Shown: positions 36,757 to 39,485 of the stretch, one piece after another
How the letters are laid out: each line of letters opens with the position of its first letter
Position numbering within the stretch: the first letter of the stretch is position 1
Virus record (IMG/VR): IMGVR_UViG_2534682294_000013
Source of the DNA: a virus
Taxonomy: Duplodnaviria > Heunggongvirae > Uroviricota > Caudoviricetes
Length of the DNA stretch: 39,485 bases
Reading direction: 5' to 3' (one strand)
Translations under genes and position numbers: made by a program
The notes under the pieces: model-generated
What the model saw: only the letters and a program-made list of their open reading frames with translations
Databases searched by the model: none
What the model was told of the DNA's origin: nothing

Positions 36757-38277
36757 TTAAACTCCTATGATCTTTGCGAATAAGTTAACAGAAATCTGCT
36801 CTCTTTCCAAGTAAGAAATAGGCAACAGTGATATTCTTAATGACGAATTAGACTCAGTCCATTTAACAACATTTCCCGACTTATCTTTTCTCTTAATTTT
36901 ATTACCACTTCCATTAACAATGGAAAATAGATTAAAATAGACTCGTGGACCTATTCCAATAAAAGGTTCGAAAAGCACCTTTCCTTGGTTTTTTTCATCA
37001 TTAGTTATTGATTCTGAATGAAATTCATAAGCCTTACTTTTTGGATATGGCTCTATGTAAACCACCCTCTTTATTCCCGAAGCTATAATATGCTTAGCGC
37101 AGTTGTGGCATGGGAAAGTAGTGCAATATATATAAGCATCTTGAGTACTAATATTTGTTCTAGCGCATGCTAAAATAGCTTCCATTTCAGCATGCACCAC
37201 ACGACCATATTCCGTAATATCTTGAATCAGGCTGTTATTGAGGATTCTCTCAAAATTATCACGAGATTTTCTAGGTATTTGATTGAGAATATCATGTATA
37301 ATTTCTCTTTTTTGTTTAGCATTCGAATCAAAACCTCTTACATAGTCCCTTCCTTCCGGATAGTCTTCATAAATTTCGTTCTCTGCATTAAAATATGGCC
37401 AGTATAAACCACCACCAGACTTAGGAACATCATTAGCACCAGTTGACATAATAGCGTAATTTTTTGCTAATACAGCTCCAACTTGTCTTGATAAATCAGC
37501 AGATCTCAAAGCTGAAGAAAAGGCCATATACATTGCATATTCATCAAATGTTGGCGTAATAAAAGGATTACCGAATAGCAAATCAAAAACTCTTTTTATA
37601 TCATTATTAAGTTTATCATCTCGGCCATCTTGGTTTAAAAAGAAATCAGCCAAATGAAATGTATCTCTGGTATGCTGCCCATGCCCAGACTCTTCATCTT
37701 CATCTCTAGCAATCAATAACGCTGCTTTATCTTCTGGAATTCCTTTATTACGAATTAAATTATCTAACCTGCGACTCTCATCAGAAAAAATACCAAACAA
37801 TAAAAATCCCGAGCCATATACTTCTCTTAATTTATACACCTCTTCTGGATGCTTTATTGAATTTATAACATATGCAATTCCTTTTTTATTTATTTGTAAA
37901 CGTGCATGCTTTGCCCTAATCTCATTAATTTTAGCTATTGCTCCAAGAGCCAATATATAATTACATTCACTATCCTCCCTCAGTTTATTTCCCTTAGTCA
38001 TTAAGCCATCAATTCTTTGGTAATTATCTGTATAATCTCCATTACCTAAGAGCTCAGCTATCACATCAGATGAAATCCGAACTTCAGAACATTCAAATTT
38101 ATATAAGGATAATCTATCTCTTATTTTTTTTGTAATTGCTTCTAGGTCTGTGCCAACGGAAGAAACTAACCCTATTACCATTTCTGCTAAAGGTCCTGTG
38201 GATTGCTTATCCTCCCCTGAGTTTTTTAAAAGCTGAGGTGCTTCTTTATTCAATTCTGTTATCTTTGTAATTTTCAT
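36757..38277 (-). CDS. Nucleotide-kinase-like / deoxycytidylate (dCMP/dCTP)-type deaminase fusion protein; candidate anti-phage nucleotide-depletion effector
   Basis: 506-aa ORF. The C-terminal half carries the zinc deaminase signature RSADLSRQVGAVL ... VVHAEMEAI (H362, E364; nt 37194-37177) ... FPCHNCAKHIIASGIKRVVY (C390, C393). The N-terminal half has a degenerate P-loop GLVSSVGTD (no Lys) and a small-NMP-kinase-like stretch INSIKHPEEVYKLREVYGSGFLLFGIFSDESRRLDNLIRNKG. The gene is AT-rich and sits in the satellite cargo slot. Confidence 0.8.
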   Translation of the reverse strand: MKITKITELNKEAPQLLKNSGEDKQSTGPLAEMVIGLVSSVGTDLEAITKKIRDRLSLYKFECSEVRISSDVIAELLGNGDYTDNYQRIDGLMTKGNKLREDSECNYILALGAIAKINEIRAKHARLQINKKGIAYVINSIKHPEEVYKLREVYGSGFLLFGIFSDESRRLDNLIRNKGIPEDKAALLIARDEDEESGHGQHTRDTFHLADFFLNQDGRDDKLNNDIKRVFDLLFGNPFITPTFDEYAMYMAFSSALRSADLSRQVGAVLAKNYAIMSTGANDVPKSGGGLYWPYFNAENEIYEDYPEGRDYVRGFDSNAKQKREIIHDILNQIPRKSRDNFERILNNSLIQDITEYGRVVHAEMEAILACARTNISTQDAYIYCTTFPCHNCAKHIIASGIKRVVYIEPYPKSKAYEFHSESITNDEKNQGKVLFEPFIGIGPRVYFNLFSIVNGSGNKIKRKDKSGNVVKWTESNSSLRISLLPISYLEREQISVNLFAKIIGV

Positions 38278-38475
38278 ATGAAGTCATTCATCCAGTGAAG
38301 ATACAAAACATTTTTATAAATAATTCTTAGCATGTTTTCTATGTTTTCATTAAATTTTTTGAATTACCTCATGTTTTACATTTAAGCAACACAAGGTAAA
38401 CAACTGTTATATAAGAAAATTGAAAGCATAATGAATGATGTAGTTGGCTGTCACGTCTTCCCACTTCGTAGGGCG

Positions 38476-38490
38476 GATTCAGGCTGAATC
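38476..38490. repeat. 15-bp perfect palindrome in the cos-proximal non-coding region
   Basis: gattcag-g-ctgaatc has 7-bp arms around a single central base. That is too tight for a hairpin and is more consistent with a dimeric protein-binding site. Confidence 0.4.
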
Positions 38491-38734
38491 ATAGATAGTT
38501 TTAGACCTCTTATAGGACCGAATGTATAAGATGAAGGTATTAGAGGAGCTGAGCGCCTTCAAAACCGCCACTCAGTATCTAAACCGGGCAATACTTTCTC
38601 GCCCCTAACTTAGCCACTCATGGGCTCATCACGCCATCAAACATTACTGCACGATCACTAATACTCGTTCGAAACGGCACAGTACTACGGTACACCAAGT
38701 CCCGCAAAAATAAATACATTACCGCTGGCGCGCA

Positions 38735-38753
38735 GTGCTTTCCCCGCCTCGCC
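38735..38753 (-). other. P2/P4-type cos cohesive-end sequence (19 nt)
   Basis: The minus strand reads GGCGAGGCGGGGAAAGCAC. This is identical to the 19-nt cohesive end I recall for P2 and P4. Its orientation (psu -> cos -> cargo -> int) matches the P4 map. Confidence 0.8.
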
Positions 38754-38853
38754 CGCCCGCTTTGCGGGGCGGTTTTAATGCAGTTTCACTGACACGCTCA
38801 GGCCGCGCCGGGAATGGCGCGGTCTGCAGAAAATGAGGCAGGAAAACGCATGC

Positions 38854-38887
38854 AAAGCCATGCACCTTATCGATGCATGGCTTTTTT
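38854..38887. terminator. Strong hairpin between psu and cos
   Basis: aaagccatgca-(9 nt loop)-tgcatggcttt forms an 11-bp perfect stem. The T6 tract is on the + strand. On the psu (minus) strand only uuugcaugcguuuu follows. It lies 31 nt downstream of the psu stop. Confidence 0.55.
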
Positions 38888-38917
38888 CAGTAAAAACGGG
38901 CGGATTTTCGGGGAGTT

Positions 38918-39485
38918 TTACACAGACTGATGTGATGCCAGTTGCGCACTTTTACGCGAAAAAATCATGTTCTGCGCAGGGGTGAATTTTTCACGGCTGT
39001 CATCCACCGAAGCCGCGTCAGGCCTGAATCCGATGGTCGTTAAAATGTCGCTATCCTGTGCGGAATAATTAATTTTTTCCCCCTTCGCAAGCCAGGACAG
39101 GAGGGCTTCACGCAGGGCATCTGTGGCACGCTGTATGGCACAGTTTCGGGCAATGGCCGTCAGCTCACTGTAACCCATCAGCTCCGGTGCCAGTGCGGCC
39201 GCCAGTACTGTGCCGTGCTGCTGCATAAAATCATTCAGCCGGTCGCGGATGCTGATGTGCTGAACGGCTTCATGCGAACGAATATAACGACCGGCGGCCT
39301 GATTCACCTGCCATTTTCTGACTTCGATAATATTGCGTAATTCGTCCAGGCGGCTGACGTTTCTGCCTTCTCCTGACAGAAGCCGCAGATATTCCTGTTC
39401 GGCCGCTGCCAGCTCATTTTTGCGTTGCAGCCATGCTGCTTTGTTATTCTGACAGGTGTCAAAGGCCTGCTGTAAGGCTGTGCTT
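38918..39485 (-). CDS. psu: Polarity suppression / capsid decoration protein Psu of P4-like satellites (5' end outside window)
   Basis: The frame is open from the window edge: STALQQAFDTCQNNKAAWLQRKNELAAAEQEYLRLLSGEGRNVSRLDELRNIIEVRKWQVNQAAGRYIRSHEAVQHISIRDRLNDFMQQHG...SRKSAQLASHQSV. This matches my recollection of the 190-aa P4 Psu, so the start codon would lie about 5 nt beyond the window. The track shows only the part from an internal GTG. Confidence 0.85.
   Translation of the reverse strand, partial: STALQQAFDTCQNNKAAWLQRKNELAAAEQEYLRLLSGEGRNVSRLDELRNIIEVRKWQVNQAAGRYIRSHEAVQHISIRDRLNDFMQQHGTVLAAALAPELMGYSELTAIARNCAIQRATDALREALLSWLAKGEKINYSAQDSDILTTIGFRPDAASVDDSREKFTPAQNMIFSRKSAQLASHQSV

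Larger units (their letters stand above)
35188..39485. mobile_element. P4-like phage satellite integrated at selC (left part; continues beyond window)
   Basis: The order is tRNA gene, P4-family integrase, AT-rich cargo, exact P2/P4 19-nt cos sequence, then psu. This equals the integrated P4 order int-(gop/beta/cII slot)-cos-psu. The attL core probably overlaps the selC 3' end, so the left boundary is approximate. Confidence 0.85.

Noticed and set aside
36589-36783. 64-aa plus-strand ORF between int and the deaminase gene.
   Set aside because: It has a TTG start with no Shine-Dalgarno sequence and a low-complexity Phe/Leu/Ser-rich product. It lies exactly antisense to the better-supported 57-aa minus-strand ORF, which has AGGAG and stop/start coupling, and it overlaps the deaminase 3' end.
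38146-38172. Calling the deaminase N-terminal domain an active nucleotide kinase on the basis of the P-loop-like GLVSSVGTD.
   Set aside because: The Walker A lysine and the following Ser/Thr are not in canonical positions (GTD instead of GK[ST]). I claim only a kinase-like fold, possibly a nucleotide-sensing domain.
38274-38333. 19-codon upstream ORF (MLRIIYKNVLYLHWMNDFI) whose TGA overlaps the deaminase ATG in an ATGA arrangement.
   Set aside because: It has no recognisable Shine-Dalgarno sequence and is short, and I have no conservation information. I cannot support it as a leader peptide from sequence alone. It should be re-examined if ribosome profiling data exist.
38918-39307. The track's 129-aa ORF read as a complete gene starting at GTG 39307.
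   Set aside because: The frame stays open upstream to the window edge, and the upstream translation continues the Psu-like sequence. I annotated it as a 5'-partial psu gene instead.
35188-39485. Search for an attR direct repeat of the selC 3' end (ttcgactcctgtgatcttccgcca) inside the window.
   Set aside because: No second copy was found by eye, and the element clearly continues past psu. The right boundary must therefore lie outside the window.

Overview
This window is an Escherichia coli-type chromosomal segment. It is almost entirely conserved core genome and ends in a mobile element. The order is: LPS core (waa) cluster with the gene order I associate with the R3 core type (waaD'-waaJ-waaY-waaI-waaP-waaG-waaQ), JUMPstart/ops element, waaA-coaD, mutM, rpmG-rpmB, yicR, coaBC-dut-slmA, pyrE-rph with the pyrE attenuator, yicC, LexA-boxed dinD, yicG, ligB, gmk-rpoZ-spoT-trmH-recG, a 288-aa hypothetical gene, gltS, xanP, yicH, yicI-yicJ, and tRNA-Sec (selC). 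Directly 3' of selC (from about 35.2 kb to the window end) sits the left part of a P4-like phage satellite. It has a P4-family tyrosine integrase, an exact P2/P4 19-nt cos cohesive-end sequence, and a 5'-truncated psu gene. The visibly AT-rich interval between int and cos/psu is the known variable cargo slot of P4-like satellites. Here it carries a 506-aa protein that fuses a nucleotide-kinase-like N-terminal domain (degenerate P-loop) to a zinc-dependent dCMP/dCTP-type cytidine deaminase domain (HAE...PCHNC). A 57-aa ORF missing from the supplied track starts 1 nt after the deaminase stop codon and has a strong Shine-Dalgarno sequence. About 450 bp of ORF-free DNA lies upstream of the deaminase. 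I read this cassette as a candidate nucleotide-depletion anti-phage system, and it is the main hit. All coordinates and motifs were read by eye from the sequence. No database search was run.
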